Shown here piece after piece: positions 16,627 to 26,131 of a stretch of 46,669 nt of DNA. A model generated the notes under the pieces. That model saw only the letters and a program-made list of their open reading frames with translations. It did not search any database and was not told where the DNA came from. The stretch's first letter is position 1, and every line of letters begins with the position of its first letter. The DNA is taken from IMG/VR virus record IMGVR_UViG_3300036853_000124, positions 1-46,669 of that record, one strand, 5' to 3'. The position numbers were made by a program, and so were the translations under genes. Origin of the DNA: a virus. Taxonomy: Duplodnaviria; Caudoviricetes.

Positions 16627-17439
16627 ATGGCCGCTCCTGAGGTGACTCGTCTAGTGCAGGCGTACATGTCCGCGGACGCCCAGGTGCGCGCGCGGGTGGC
16701 GCAGTTCGTTACCACCGTCTGGGATGGCCTTGGGTCCTACCGGGATGCTGACATCGAGCGGTTCATCCGCGCGGTGGTCCCGGTAGTGCTCGGGGGACAG
16801 CGGCAAGTAGTCGCGCTTACGGATTCCTACCTAGCGACGATCGCAGCCCAGACGCTCGGCGGCCCCACGCGGGTTGCGGGCGTGCGCCTAGCGGACGTGA
16901 CGGGGGCCGCTCTGCGCGGCGTCGCACCGACCGAGGTCTATCGACGGCCCGGCGTGGACGTCTGGACGGCGCTCTCCAAGGGCAAGTCTCTTGTGGACGC
17001 CGTGAATGCCGGACGCCGCCGCGCGCTGAACCTGGCGAGCACGGATCTCCAGCTCGCCAAGACCCACACCGCACGATCCATCTTCCGCAAGGACTCCCGG
17101 GTAGTCGGACATCGACGCACCCTGTCCGGGTCCGAAGACTGCGGAATGTGCGTGGTGGCGTCTACTCAGCGCTACCACAAGGAAAGCCTCCAGCCCATCC
17201 ACGGGGGCTGTGACTGCGGCGTCGAGCCCATCTATGGCGACCGCGACCCGGGCCAGGTCATCGACGAGCAGACGCTCAGCGAGGCACACGGCGCCATCCA
17301 AGACCGGTTCGGCGTGTCGTCCGACGGCGCCCGATCCGCACTGGACTACCGAAAAGTGCTGCTCGTCCGCGAGCATGGCGAACTCGGGCCAGTCCTCACC
17401 GTGAAGGGCCAGAACTTCACCGGCCCTAGCGATTTCTGA
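16627..17439 (+). CDS. Head maturation / MuF-like minor capsid protein
   Basis: CGMCVVASTQRYH...PIHGGCDC motif; follows portal. Confidence 0.7.
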   Translation: MAAPEVTRLVQAYMSADAQVRARVAQFVTTVWDGLGSYRDADIERFIRAVVPVVLGGQRQVVALTDSYLATIAAQTLGGPTRVAGVRLADVTGAALRGVAPTEVYRRPGVDVWTALSKGKSLVDAVNAGRRRALNLASTDLQLAKTHTARSIFRKDSRVVGHRRTLSGSEDCGMCVVASTQRYHKESLQPIHGGCDCGVEPIYGDRDPGQVIDEQTLSEAHGAIQDRFGVSSDGARSALDYRKVLLVREHGELGPVLTVKGQNFTGPSDF

Positions 17440-17450
17440 TCCACACCCCC

Positions 17451-17500
17451 GCTGGGCGCGATGCCCGGCATTCCACAAATGGAGCTGTCGCGATGACTGC
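17451..17500 (+). promoter_or_regulatory. Twin GCGAT-loop hairpins over the scaffold RBS/start
   Basis: GCTGGGC-GCGAT-GCCCGGC and GCTGTC-GCGAT-GACTGC (contains ATG 17493). Confidence 0.5.
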
Positions 17501-18128
17501 ACCCGTCCCAACCCCTCCGGCCAACGCGGGCGACCCGCCGAAGCCCACCCCGCCCGTCACCGCCCCGGCGCTTGGCACACAGCCGCAGTTGCCGGAGCCG
17601 AAGACGGAGCCCGCCAACGACAAGGCGGACGAACCCCTCGGCGAGGGCGGCATCAAGGCGTTGAAGGCTCTCCGCGAGGAGAACAAGACGCTGGCCGCCG
17701 AGCTGAAGGCGTTCGCACCGCTGAAGGAGCTGGCCGAGAAGTTCGGCGCCGTCCCGGCCGCAAAGCCCGAGGACGACGTCACTGCACAACTGGCCGCGAT
17801 CAAGGCCGAGCTTCAGTCCGAACGCGACATCCGGCTCCGGCTGGAGATCGCATCCGAGAAGAAGCTCACCCCGGCCCAGGCTGCGCGCCTGCATGGCAGC
17901 ACTCGCGATGAGCTGCTTGCCGACGCGGACGCGCTCCTCTCCCTGTTCCCCGCGGCCCCGGCGACCGGGACCTCGACGGGCCAACCGGCCGACTTCGGCG
18001 GCGGACACCGCGGCACGGACGTCGCCCCGGCTGACATCCACGCACAGATCGCAGCGGCTGAGCAGTCGGGCGATTTCAGGGCGTCCATCCGGCTGAAGTC
18101 ACAACTGCTTCAGCAGCAACAAAAGTAA
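17493..18128 (+). CDS. Scaffolding protein
   Basis: Pro-rich N-term, LGEGGIKAL coiled coil, RLHGSTRDELLADAD; precedes capsid gene. Confidence 0.85.
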   Translation: MTAPVPTPPANAGDPPKPTPPVTAPALGTQPQLPEPKTEPANDKADEPLGEGGIKALKALREENKTLAAELKAFAPLKELAEKFGAVPAAKPEDDVTAQLAAIKAELQSERDIRLRLEIASEKKLTPAQAARLHGSTRDELLADADALLSLFPAAPATGTSTGQPADFGGGHRGTDVAPADIHAQIAAAEQSGDFRASIRLKSQLLQQQQK

Positions 18129-18170
18129 CTCGTCGGGCGGTAGTGCCCGGTCTCGAAAGGACGAACCATT

Positions 18171-19388
18171 ATGGCCGGAGTTTCCGGGCAGGGCACCACG
18201 TTCAACTTGCCCAACTACGTTGGGGAGCTGTTCGCGGTTTCCCCGACTGACACCCCCTTCCTCAGCTCGATTGGTGGGCTGACTGGCGGAGAGACCACCA
18301 CGTCCACCACGTTCCAGTGGCAGGGCTACGACCTGCGTGACGCGGACGAGACTCGCCAGCGGCTGGAGGGCGCCAACGCGCCGACCGCCGAGGAGCGCGT
18401 CCGGTTCAACGTCAACAACGTCGTTGAGATCCACCAGGAAGCCCTTGAGGTCAGCTACACCAAGCAGGCCGCGACCGGGCAGTACAACGCGACCGGTGCC
18501 GGACACCCCGGAGCCGCTGGCATCAACGGGTCCAACCCGGTCACCAACGAGTTCGACTGGCAGGTCCAGCGGCACCTCGAGCAGATCGCTCGGGACGTCG
18601 AGCTGACCTTCCTCAAGGGCGTCAAGAGCGACCCGGCCACCAACGCCACCGCACGTAAGACCGGCGGGATCATCTCGTCCACGGTTACCAACGTCCTCAG
18701 CAACGGCACGGCGGTGGGTACCGCGGTCATCACGGCCTCCGACGAGAAGTTCACGATCGCAGCCCACGGACTCGTCGCGGGCAACGTCGTGACGGTCTCG
18801 GCCCTGACCGGTGGCGCTGTCGGCGTCGTCAAGCCTGACACCCAGTACTACGTCAAGACGGTCCTGACGAACTCGTTCGAGCTCTCGCTCAAGCCGGGCG
18901 GGGCGACGGTTGCCTTCGCATCCGACGGTGGCGCGCTCGTCACCCGGGCCACGACCCTCACCGAGGGCGGGGTCATTGACCTTCTCCAGCTGGTGTGGGA
19001 GAACGGTGGCATCCAGAACGGCGAGACCGCCACGTTGATGTGCAACGGAACGGTCAAGCGCGGCCTGACCAAGGTCTTCATCACCGACAAGAACTACCGC
19101 GAGGAGACTCGCAACGTCGGTGGGGTCTCGGTCCAGACCGTCGAGACCGACTTCGGCCGCCTCAACCTGATGCTGAACCGGCACATGCCGACCTCGATCC
19201 TGCAGGTCGTCAGCCTCGAAGAGTGCGCACCGGTCTTCCTGAACGTCCCGGGCAAGGGTTTCCTCTTCCAGGAGCCCCTTGCCAAGGTCGGCGCTGCTGA
19301 CCGCGCGCAGATCTACGGTGAGATCGGCCTGAAGTTCGGGAACGAGCGCAAGCACGGCAAGATCCTGAACCTCGGCCCGGCAGCCTGA
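18171..19388 (+). CDS. Major capsid protein with an inserted domain
   Basis: TTFNLPNYVGELF...TPFLS...GEIGLKFGNE..HGKI; position after scaffold. Confidence 0.9.
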   Translation: MAGVSGQGTTFNLPNYVGELFAVSPTDTPFLSSIGGLTGGETTTSTTFQWQGYDLRDADETRQRLEGANAPTAEERVRFNVNNVVEIHQEALEVSYTKQAATGQYNATGAGHPGAAGINGSNPVTNEFDWQVQRHLEQIARDVELTFLKGVKSDPATNATARKTGGIISSTVTNVLSNGTAVGTAVITASDEKFTIAAHGLVAGNVVTVSALTGGAVGVVKPDTQYYVKTVLTNSFELSLKPGGATVAFASDGGALVTRATTLTEGGVIDLLQLVWENGGIQNGETATLMCNGTVKRGLTKVFITDKNYREETRNVGGVSVQTVETDFGRLNLMLNRHMPTSILQVVSLEECAPVFLNVPGKGFLFQEPLAKVGAADRAQIYGEIGLKFGNERKHGKILNLGPAA

Positions 19389-19406
19389 TAGAGAGGGGAA
19401 CTGTCC

Positions 19407-19760
19407 ATGACTGAATTCCGCTGTGGACGGTTCCCCTCAGGGGTCGTTCCCATTAGGACCACCGCTGGCATCGTGCACTTCCACGACGGCGTGGCCGAGG
19501 TCGACGACTCCGAATTGGCCGACGCGCTAAGCGAGGTGCCGGCCCTGTTCGAGATCGAGCAAGTACCCGACGAGACCCCCGAGGAGGAGCCATGTCAGAC
19601 CGTGACCTCTGAAGCACCCAGCCTGCCGGCTAATGAGGAGCCTTCCCCCCGGGCTACGGAACTGCGCGCGTGGGCGAAGGCCAACAACGTTCCCTGCCCC
19701 GCTAAGGGTCGAGTTCCTCAGGCTGTCGTTCGGGCGTACCTGACGCGCCGCTCCGAGTGA
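19407..19760 (+). CDS. Protein with C-terminal Lsr2-like DNA-binding domain
   Basis: LRAWAKANNVPCPAKGRVPQAVVRAY resembles Lsr2 IREWA..NG..V..RGRIP. Confidence 0.7.
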   Translation: MTEFRCGRFPSGVVPIRTTAGIVHFHDGVAEVDDSELADALSEVPALFEIEQVPDETPEEEPCQTVTSEAPSLPANEEPSPRATELRAWAKANNVPCPAKGRVPQAVVRAYLTRRSE

Positions 19761-19772
19761 CCGGGAGGTCCA

Positions 19773-20303
19773 ATGCCGACACTACCTAACTTGGTGACGG
19801 CCGGGGACATGACGGCCTACGGCTACGACGCGGTGTCGGCAGGCATGCTCGCCCGCGCCTCCGCACGCGTACGCGGGTACACCGGCCAGAACATCACAAC
19901 AGGCACGTCCATTGTAACACTGGCTGGTTCCAGCCCCTGGCTGCTGCCTCAGCGGCCGGTCACCTCCGTGACGTCTCTCCTGGACGCCGACGGTAACGAT
20001 GTCGAGTACACCCTGTCGGGCCCGTGGGTATTCGCCGACGCGTGTGGTCCCTTGACGGTCGAGTTCAGCCACGGCTACGCGGTTCTGCCAGACAACCTCC
20101 TTGAGCTGGTCTGCGCCATCGCCGCTCGTATGGGCGGCTTGCCCTCTGCTGTGGCCGCTGGCGCTCGAACTGAGCAGGCCGGGGGCGAGGCTGTCACGTG
20201 GGGCGTCGAGGCGTTCAACAGCTCCTCAGGGCTTACGTCCTCTGAGGAGAAGTCGCTCCGGCGGCTCTTCCCCAAGCGGCCGCGCTCCTGGCGGCTGGTA
20301 TGA
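19773..20303 (+). CDS. Head-to-tail adaptor
   Basis: Synteny; ASARVRGYTGQ...LPQRPV..V...HGY..LP. Confidence 0.75.
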   Translation: MPTLPNLVTAGDMTAYGYDAVSAGMLARASARVRGYTGQNITTGTSIVTLAGSSPWLLPQRPVTSVTSLLDADGNDVEYTLSGPWVFADACGPLTVEFSHGYAVLPDNLLELVCAIAARMGGLPSAVAAGARTEQAGGEAVTWGVEAFNSSSGLTSSEEKSLRRLFPKRPRSWRLV

Positions 20304-20635
20304 GCATTTCGTTCCTCACGCAGACCATCACGCGCGTGCGCCCGGTGTACACGACCGAGCGCGGGGACCAGGTCGCCGACTGGACCAACGCCACCACGAC
20401 CGACCTGACCGGCTGGCGGCTCCAACCCCTCGTGGGTGAGGAGCTTCTCGGTCTCCGCGACGCAGTGACCCGGCGCTGGAAAGCGTTCGGCCCACCCGGC
20501 GTCGACGTGACCGAACTCGACCGGATCAGGTACGCGGGCGTGGAGTACGAAGTGGACGGATTCGTCCAACGCTGGCCCTCACCGACGGGCGTGCTCGCGC
20601 ATACCGAGCTGATCCTCAAGCGCGTGGAGGGCTGA
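20300..20635 (+). CDS. Head-to-tail stopper
   Basis: Synteny; DW...QP...DRI...YEVDG...W...H. Confidence 0.8.
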   Translation: MSISFLTQTITRVRPVYTTERGDQVADWTNATTTDLTGWRLQPLVGEELLGLRDAVTRRWKAFGPPGVDVTELDRIRYAGVEYEVDGFVQRWPSPTGVLAHTELILKRVEG

Positions 20636-20886
20636 TGGCGACGCAAGTCACAATCAAGATCAAGAACGCCGCGATTCGGGACCTGCTCCGCTCGGCCGCC
20701 GTCCGGGCCGACCTTGAACGTCGAGCCGAGGCAATCGCCAACGCGGCCGGCGAGGGTATGGAAGTGGACTCCGATCTAGGTAACAAGCGCGCACGCGCGT
20801 CAGTCCGTACCGCATCCGTCAAGGCGGTCATGGCCGAGTCGGAGCACCGCGCACTGACGAAGGCTATCGACGCCGGGCGGGGGTGA
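20635..20886 (+). CDS. Neck/tail completion protein
   Basis: Synteny and size. Confidence 0.6.
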   Translation: MATQVTIKIKNAAIRDLLRSAAVRADLERRAEAIANAAGEGMEVDSDLGNKRARASVRTASVKAVMAESEHRALTKAIDAGRG

Positions 20887-20889
20887 CCC

Positions 20890-21294
20890 GTGGCTGAGGC
20901 CATCCAGTTCCCCGACGTCGAGGCCGCGCTGGTTACGTACCTGACGGCCGCCCTTGCGGCCCGGGGAGACACCGCTTCGGTGCATGTCCGCATCCCCAAG
21001 CAGCGGCCGGCCCGATTCGTACTCGTGCCCCGGCTCGGCGGGACCAAGGCCAACCTGGTCGCCGACGAACCCACTATCGGCTTCGAGTGCTGGGCCAACA
21101 CCGATCTCCAGGCGTCCAACCTCGCCCGCCTCACGCGCGCGCTGGTACACGCACTCCGAGGCCAGACCACCGCGGGCGTCACCTTCTACCGCGTGACCGA
21201 GTTCGCCGGCCCGGCCAACCTCCCGGACCCGACCTCGAACCAGTCGCGCTACGTCTTCACGGTCGCCGTGCAGGTTCGCGGCTCCGCGCTGTAA
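20890..21294 (+). CDS. Tail terminator
   Basis: FPDVE...RLGG...ECWA...PDP...RY. Confidence 0.8.
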   Translation: MAEAIQFPDVEAALVTYLTAALAARGDTASVHVRIPKQRPARFVLVPRLGGTKANLVADEPTIGFECWANTDLQASNLARLTRALVHALRGQTTAGVTFYRVTEFAGPANLPDPTSNQSRYVFTVAVQVRGSAL

Positions 21295-21355
21295 CTCCTC
21301 CTCCCCGCTGCCCGCGCCGGCGGTTTCCTTGTCAGACCTTAGAAAGGACCGCCGC

Positions 21356-21904
21356 ATGGCGCTCAACTCTGCCAACGTGGACGTCGCCATCACAGGCGCG
21401 GTCTCGTTCGGCCCCACGGCCACTACCGCCCCAACGACCGCGATCAGCGCGCTGGCCGCTGGATTCCGGGACGTCGGCTACATCTCCGACGACGGTGTGT
21501 CCGAAGTCATCGACAAGTCCACCAACAACATCGTCGCCTGGCAGGGCTCCGCGGTGGTCCGGACGGTCGTCACCGAGTCCTCGATCTCGCTGACCTTCAC
21601 GATGATCGAGACCAACGCCAACAGCGTCGAGCTGTTCTACGCGGCTCCCGTGAGCGCGGTCGACGGCTCTGTGGCCATCGTTCCTGCCGCTACGGGCGGG
21701 CGCCGGAGCTTCGTCCTGGACTATGTGGACGGCGCCAAGATGGTCCGCCTGTACATCCCGCAGGGCGAGGTCACCGAGGTAGGGGAAGTCACCCTCGCGT
21801 CGGGTGACCCGGTCGGCTACAACGTGACGATCACCGGTTACCCGGACGTCACGCTCGGCGCCTCCGCTAAGAAGTGGTACTCGGCGCTCGATACCACCCC
21901 GTGA
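21356..21904 (+). CDS. Major tail protein
   Basis: GYISDDGV...AWQG...TFTMIET...GYNVTITGYP; RBS GAAAGGA. Confidence 0.9.
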   Translation: MALNSANVDVAITGAVSFGPTATTAPTTAISALAAGFRDVGYISDDGVSEVIDKSTNNIVAWQGSAVVRTVVTESSISLTFTMIETNANSVELFYAAPVSAVDGSVAIVPAATGGRRSFVLDYVDGAKMVRLYIPQGEVTEVGEVTLASGDPVGYNVTITGYPDVTLGASAKKWYSALDTTP

Positions 21905-21989
21905 TAGCTCGCGGTGCCGGTAAGCCGCGCGGGTCTGCCGGCGCCGCGTCTCCTCCCTTAACCCGCGCTCTCGAAAGGACAACCCGCGC

Positions 21990-22361
21990 ATGAGCACCAA
22001 CCGCAACAGGTCCCGGAATCGACCCCGTACTCCCGCCGAAGTGACCGAGTCGGTCAAGGCCGCCGTACCGGGCGCCGCGGGCAACTACTCCTTCATGCAC
22101 CAGGGCAAGGCGTACGCGCTCCCGCCCGCGTCCGAGTGTGCGACGAAGATCGAGGCCGGCGTCCTGATGGATGCGATGCTCGAAGGTGGGGACACGGCGC
22201 AACTCAAGCTTGGGCTGGCCATGCTGGTGGCCGCGGACGTGTCCGGCGAGACGATGACCGCCCTTCGGTCCATGACCATGGGTGACTTTGGTAAGCACCT
22301 CACCGCGTGGATGACGAAGGCGGGTGTGAGGCCGGGGGAATCCGACAGCTCATCGAGCTAA
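21990..22361 (+). CDS. Tail assembly chaperone (short form)
   Basis: Between major tail and tape measure genes; ends ...PGE at slippery site. Confidence 0.8.
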   Translation: MSTNRNRSRNRPRTPAEVTESVKAAVPGAAGNYSFMHQGKAYALPPASECATKIEAGVLMDAMLEGGDTAQLKLGLAMLVAADVSGETMTALRSMTMGDFGKHLTAWMTKAGVRPGESDSSSS

Positions 22362-22729
22362 TCGGTGAGCACCCCGACGCCTTCGCCTACGACTGGCGCA
22401 CCCGCTTCGGGCTCCCGCTGGAGTCCATATTCGACGGCCGCATGAGCTGGAACGAGGCTGCCACCCTGACCCGGACGCTGACCGCGGACCCAACCTCACG
22501 CGTCGGCGCCGCACTTCAGGGCTGGCAGTACCCCGTGTCACATGACGCGGTGGTCCTGATGGACCTGTACGACCTGACCCTAGCTGCGGTGCCAAAGAAG
22601 AAGAGTGACCAAAGCAAGCTCAAGCCCTACCCCAGACCATGGCCTCAGGAGTCTGACGCTATTCGCAGCGAGGCTCCAACTGTGAGCCAGGAACAGATCC
22701 GTAAAGCCTTGGCGGCGCGCGGACACTAG
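22334..22729 (+). CDS. Tail assembly chaperone -1 frameshift extension
   Basis: Slippery GGGGGAA at 22334-22340; -1 frame open (GIRQLIELI...PKPYPRPW-like end) to 22729. Confidence 0.75.
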   Translation, partial: GGIRQLIELIGEHPDAFAYDWRTRFGLPLESIFDGRMSWNEAATLTRTLTADPTSRVGAALQGWQYPVSHDAVVLMDLYDLTLAAVPKKKSDQSKLKPYPRPWPQESDAIRSEAPTVSQEQIRKALAARGH

Positions 22730-22739
22730 GGGGTAGACG

Positions 22740-24941
22740 GTGGCTGGTATCGAGCTTGCGTCCGCATACGTCTCGTTGATCCCATCCTTCAAGGGCGGCG
22801 CGGGCAAGATCTCCGAGGAGCTCGGCGGACCAGCCAAGAAGGCCGGCGACGACGCGGGGGAGAAGGCCAGCGAGGGGTTCGGCAGCAAGTTCAAGGCCGG
22901 CATCAAGGTCGCCGCGCTCGCAGCAGCCGCACTCATCGGAGCCTCCCTCGTCCAGGGCATGGACGTCGAGGCCGCCACCGACAAGCTCGGCGCGCAACTC
23001 GGTCTGACCGCCGACGAGTCCAAGCGCATCGGTGGCGTAGCCGGGCACCTGTTCGCTAACGCGTACGGTGAATCGATCGAGGACGTGACTGCCGCTACTG
23101 GCGCGGTTGTGTCCTCGATCGACGGCATGCGGAACGCGAGCTCATCGGCCGTAGAGGGCATCACCGCGAAGGTGCTGGACCTAGCGTCCGCGTTCGAGAT
23201 CGACACCGCGCGGGCCGCTCAGATCGCCGGACAGGCCGTCTCCTCGGGCCTTGCCAAGGACGCCACTCAGGCGCTCGACCTCATCACCGCGTCACTTCAG
23301 GCCGTCCCCACCGCGGTGCGGGAAGACCTCCTCGACGCGCTCGACGAGTACGGGCCTTTCCTCGACGCGGTCGGCCTCACGGGGCAGAAGGCGTTCGAGA
23401 CCCTCGTTGGCGGCGCCGAAAAAGGCATGTATGGGATCGACAAAACCGGCGACGCGATCAAGGAATTCGGGATCCGCGCCACGGACATGTCCAATCTCAC
23501 GGGCACGGCGTTCGACACGCTCGGCCTGGACATGCAGGGTACGACCAACGACTTGCTTGCTGGTGGCGACCGGGCCTCCAAGGCGTTCTCTACGATCGTC
23601 AAGGGTCTCCAGAAGATCAAGGACCCGGCCGCTCAGTCGGCCGCCGCCCTGGCTCTGTTCGGTACCCCGCTAGAAGACCTTGGCGTCACCGAGATCCCCA
23701 AGTTCCTGGACTCACTGACGTCTGCTGAGGGCTCACTGGATGGGTTCGAGGGCGCCGCCGGGCGCATGGGCGCGACGCTCAACGACAACGCCAAGACTAA
23801 CCTGACCGCCTTCTGGCGTTCGGCACAGATGGCGTTCGTCGACATCATCGGTGGCAAGGTTATCCCCGTCATCAGCTGGGTGGCGAAGATCCTTCTGTCT
23901 GCCCTCAAGCCTGCCCTTGATCTTGTAGGCGCTGGCTTCAAGGCTGTGGGCAAGTTCGCCAAAGACCACCCGATGCTGTTCAAGCTGATCGGTGGTGCAG
24001 TAGCGGGAGCCGTTGCTGGGTTCGTTGCCTACAAGGCAATCATGGGAACCATTACCGCAGTGACCAAGGCATGGGCAGCGGCGCAAGCCCTGCTGAACTT
24101 CGCGATGGCCGCCAACCCACTAGGGATCATCCTCGTTCTCCTCGGGGCACTGATCGGCATCATCGTCGTGCTGTGGAACAATAGCGCCGGGTTCCGGGAC
24201 TTCGTCATCGGCGCCTGGGCGGCCATCCAGAACGCCTTCACGGTGGCTATCAACGCCATCGTAACGGCCGCCAAGGTAGCCTGGGATCTGATCACTGTTT
24301 CTTTCCAGTCGTTCGTTCAGTTCTTTGTGGACCGTTGGAACTGGGCCAAGGACACCTTCTGGGCCGTGATCGACTTCATCGTGTCCGTCGCCACGGGTGC
24401 CTGGTGCAAGATCACCTCCTCCTTCGGCGCTGCTGTACAGTGGGTCAAGGACCGGTGGAACGGCCTGCTCGACATCTTCCGCTCCGTCGGAGGCTTCTTC
24501 GCCAACATCGGCAAGGGCATCGGCGAGGGGATCAAGAATGGCGTCAAGTCGGCTGTGAACTTCGTGATCGGGCTGATCAACGGTCTGATCAAGGGGATCA
24601 ACTTCCTCATCCGGGGCATCAACCTGGTGAACCCGTTCTCGGACATCCCCAACGTCCCCAGTGTCCCGAAGCTCGCCAAGGGCGGGTTGGTCACCGACGG
24701 CGGCATGGCGATGGTCGGCGAGCGGGGACGGGAACTGGTGTCTCTCCCCGCGGGCGCGCGCGTCACGTCCAACCGCGACACCGAGTCCATCATGGCGGGC
24801 TCCGGCGGAGGGGGCGTTCACATCGACCACCTGGAGGTCAGCTTCCCGGGCGCGCTCAACGCGATGTCCAAAGCGGACCTACGTAAGGCGGCCGAGGTCA
24901 TCAAGGACGAGATTCGAGAGCTGGAGAGGAGCCGGGCGTAA
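22740..24941 (+). CDS. Tape measure protein
   Basis: AYVSLIPS start, Ala/Gly-rich, DKTGDAIKEF, ANPLG, Trp/Phe-spaced repeats, LAKGG..VGERGRELV. Confidence 0.95.
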   Translation: MAGIELASAYVSLIPSFKGGAGKISEELGGPAKKAGDDAGEKASEGFGSKFKAGIKVAALAAAALIGASLVQGMDVEAATDKLGAQLGLTADESKRIGGVAGHLFANAYGESIEDVTAATGAVVSSIDGMRNASSSAVEGITAKVLDLASAFEIDTARAAQIAGQAVSSGLAKDATQALDLITASLQAVPTAVREDLLDALDEYGPFLDAVGLTGQKAFETLVGGAEKGMYGIDKTGDAIKEFGIRATDMSNLTGTAFDTLGLDMQGTTNDLLAGGDRASKAFSTIVKGLQKIKDPAAQSAAALALFGTPLEDLGVTEIPKFLDSLTSAEGSLDGFEGAAGRMGATLNDNAKTNLTAFWRSAQMAFVDIIGGKVIPVISWVAKILLSALKPALDLVGAGFKAVGKFAKDHPMLFKLIGGAVAGAVAGFVAYKAIMGTITAVTKAWAAAQALLNFAMAANPLGIILVLLGALIGIIVVLWNNSAGFRDFVIGAWAAIQNAFTVAINAIVTAAKVAWDLITVSFQSFVQFFVDRWNWAKDTFWAVIDFIVSVATGAWCKITSSFGAAVQWVKDRWNGLLDIFRSVGGFFANIGKGIGEGIKNGVKSAVNFVIGLINGLIKGINFLIRGINLVNPFSDIPNVPSVPKLAKGGLVTDGGMAMVGERGRELVSLPAGARVTSNRDTESIMAGSGGGGVHIDHLEVSFPGALNAMSKADLRKAAEVIKDEIRELERSRA

Positions 24942-26131
24942 TGGTCGAGACTGTCCAGATTGGCCGGCTCACTCTTCACGAGGACTTCCCCGCGGCGCTT
25001 TCATCCAGCGCTGACGGGGGGTTCTCGCTGTCCGGCATCGAGTTCGCGGACACCCTCACCCCCGACCAGACGCGCCGGATCGTCGAGGACATCCGCACGC
25101 TCGGCAACGGCGCGGTGGTTCCGGTCTACTGGAACTCCCGCCCCGAGCAGGCGCTGTATTGTCGCGTCGCATCCGTATCGACGAGCGTCGCCCGGTACGC
25201 CACGGACGCCAACGTCATTACCTGGTCGGTCGATCTAGAGCGGCTCGGGTCCGAGTACGAGGTGGACATCGAGTCCCGCATCTCTGGCCCGCTCACCCGC
25301 AACACCAACTTCGCCGTGACGGGCGAGCGCTGGGACGCCCCCCCGATCGGGCACTACGCCTACTGGACCGGCGCCACGATCCCCTCCGTCGTCGTACGGA
25401 CCGGGTCCGACGGCGCCATGACCGTGTACCGCGACATCCCGGCGACCTCACCTCGGTGGGGTTGCGCGCCGATCGACTTCCCCGAGGGCCGAGTTCGGTT
25501 CCTCGACGACACGCTACGCGAGCGCCCAGGCGCTGGCTTCACCGTCACACCCACCGACTGGGAGCTGACTAACGGACACGTCCGCGTCACCCCTACCACA
25601 CTTCCCGGCGAGCTGGCGGTTGCTGCCTTCACGGGCGGCTCCTGGCAGACCAAGCTGTGGACGATCTCGACGGCCGGCACCCCCCTGCCCCTGCCGAAGT
25701 CGGTCACCGTGCTGCACAACGACTTCCACGAGGTCTCGCTCCGCATCCTGTACGCGTCGGCGCCGGGCCGCTTCACCGTGGACGTAAGCCTTCGACGGGG
25801 GTCTCGGTTCACCGAGCTGTACGTCCAGGGGGCGACCTCATCCACCCTGGCCGTCAAACGGTCGGCTGTCGAGGCCGCCACCGCGGCGACCGGCTACATC
25901 CGGGCCACGGCCAACGACGGCGTAGGCAACCGCTACATCGTCGGCAGCGCACACACCCACACCCAGGACCTAGTGAACGGCGGGATCTCCCTGGCCGCCA
26001 CCACCAAACTGGACGCCTTCGTGGGCGTCATCGCGGGTGGCTCGGCGGCCGTCGCGGGAGACCAGGCAGCCGACATCTACGAGCAGTACCTTGGCACCCC
26101 CGGAGAGGTGGTCGCCGCGGTACGGAGGTGA
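24941..26131 (+). CDS. Minor tail protein
   Basis: Directly after tape measure; beta-rich composition. Confidence 0.75.
   Translation: MVETVQIGRLTLHEDFPAALSSSADGGFSLSGIEFADTLTPDQTRRIVEDIRTLGNGAVVPVYWNSRPEQALYCRVASVSTSVARYATDANVITWSVDLERLGSEYEVDIESRISGPLTRNTNFAVTGERWDAPPIGHYAYWTGATIPSVVVRTGSDGAMTVYRDIPATSPRWGCAPIDFPEGRVRFLDDTLRERPGAGFTVTPTDWELTNGHVRVTPTTLPGELAVAAFTGGSWQTKLWTISTAGTPLPLPKSVTVLHNDFHEVSLRILYASAPGRFTVDVSLRRGSRFTELYVQGATSSTLAVKRSAVEAATAATGYIRATANDGVGNRYIVGSAHTHTQDLVNGGISLAATTKLDAFVGVIAGGSAAVAGDQAADIYEQYLGTPGEVVAAVRR

Noticed and set aside
22334-22340. Programmed -1 frameshift as a novelty
   Set aside because: Standard feature of tail assembly chaperone genes; listed as a feature only.
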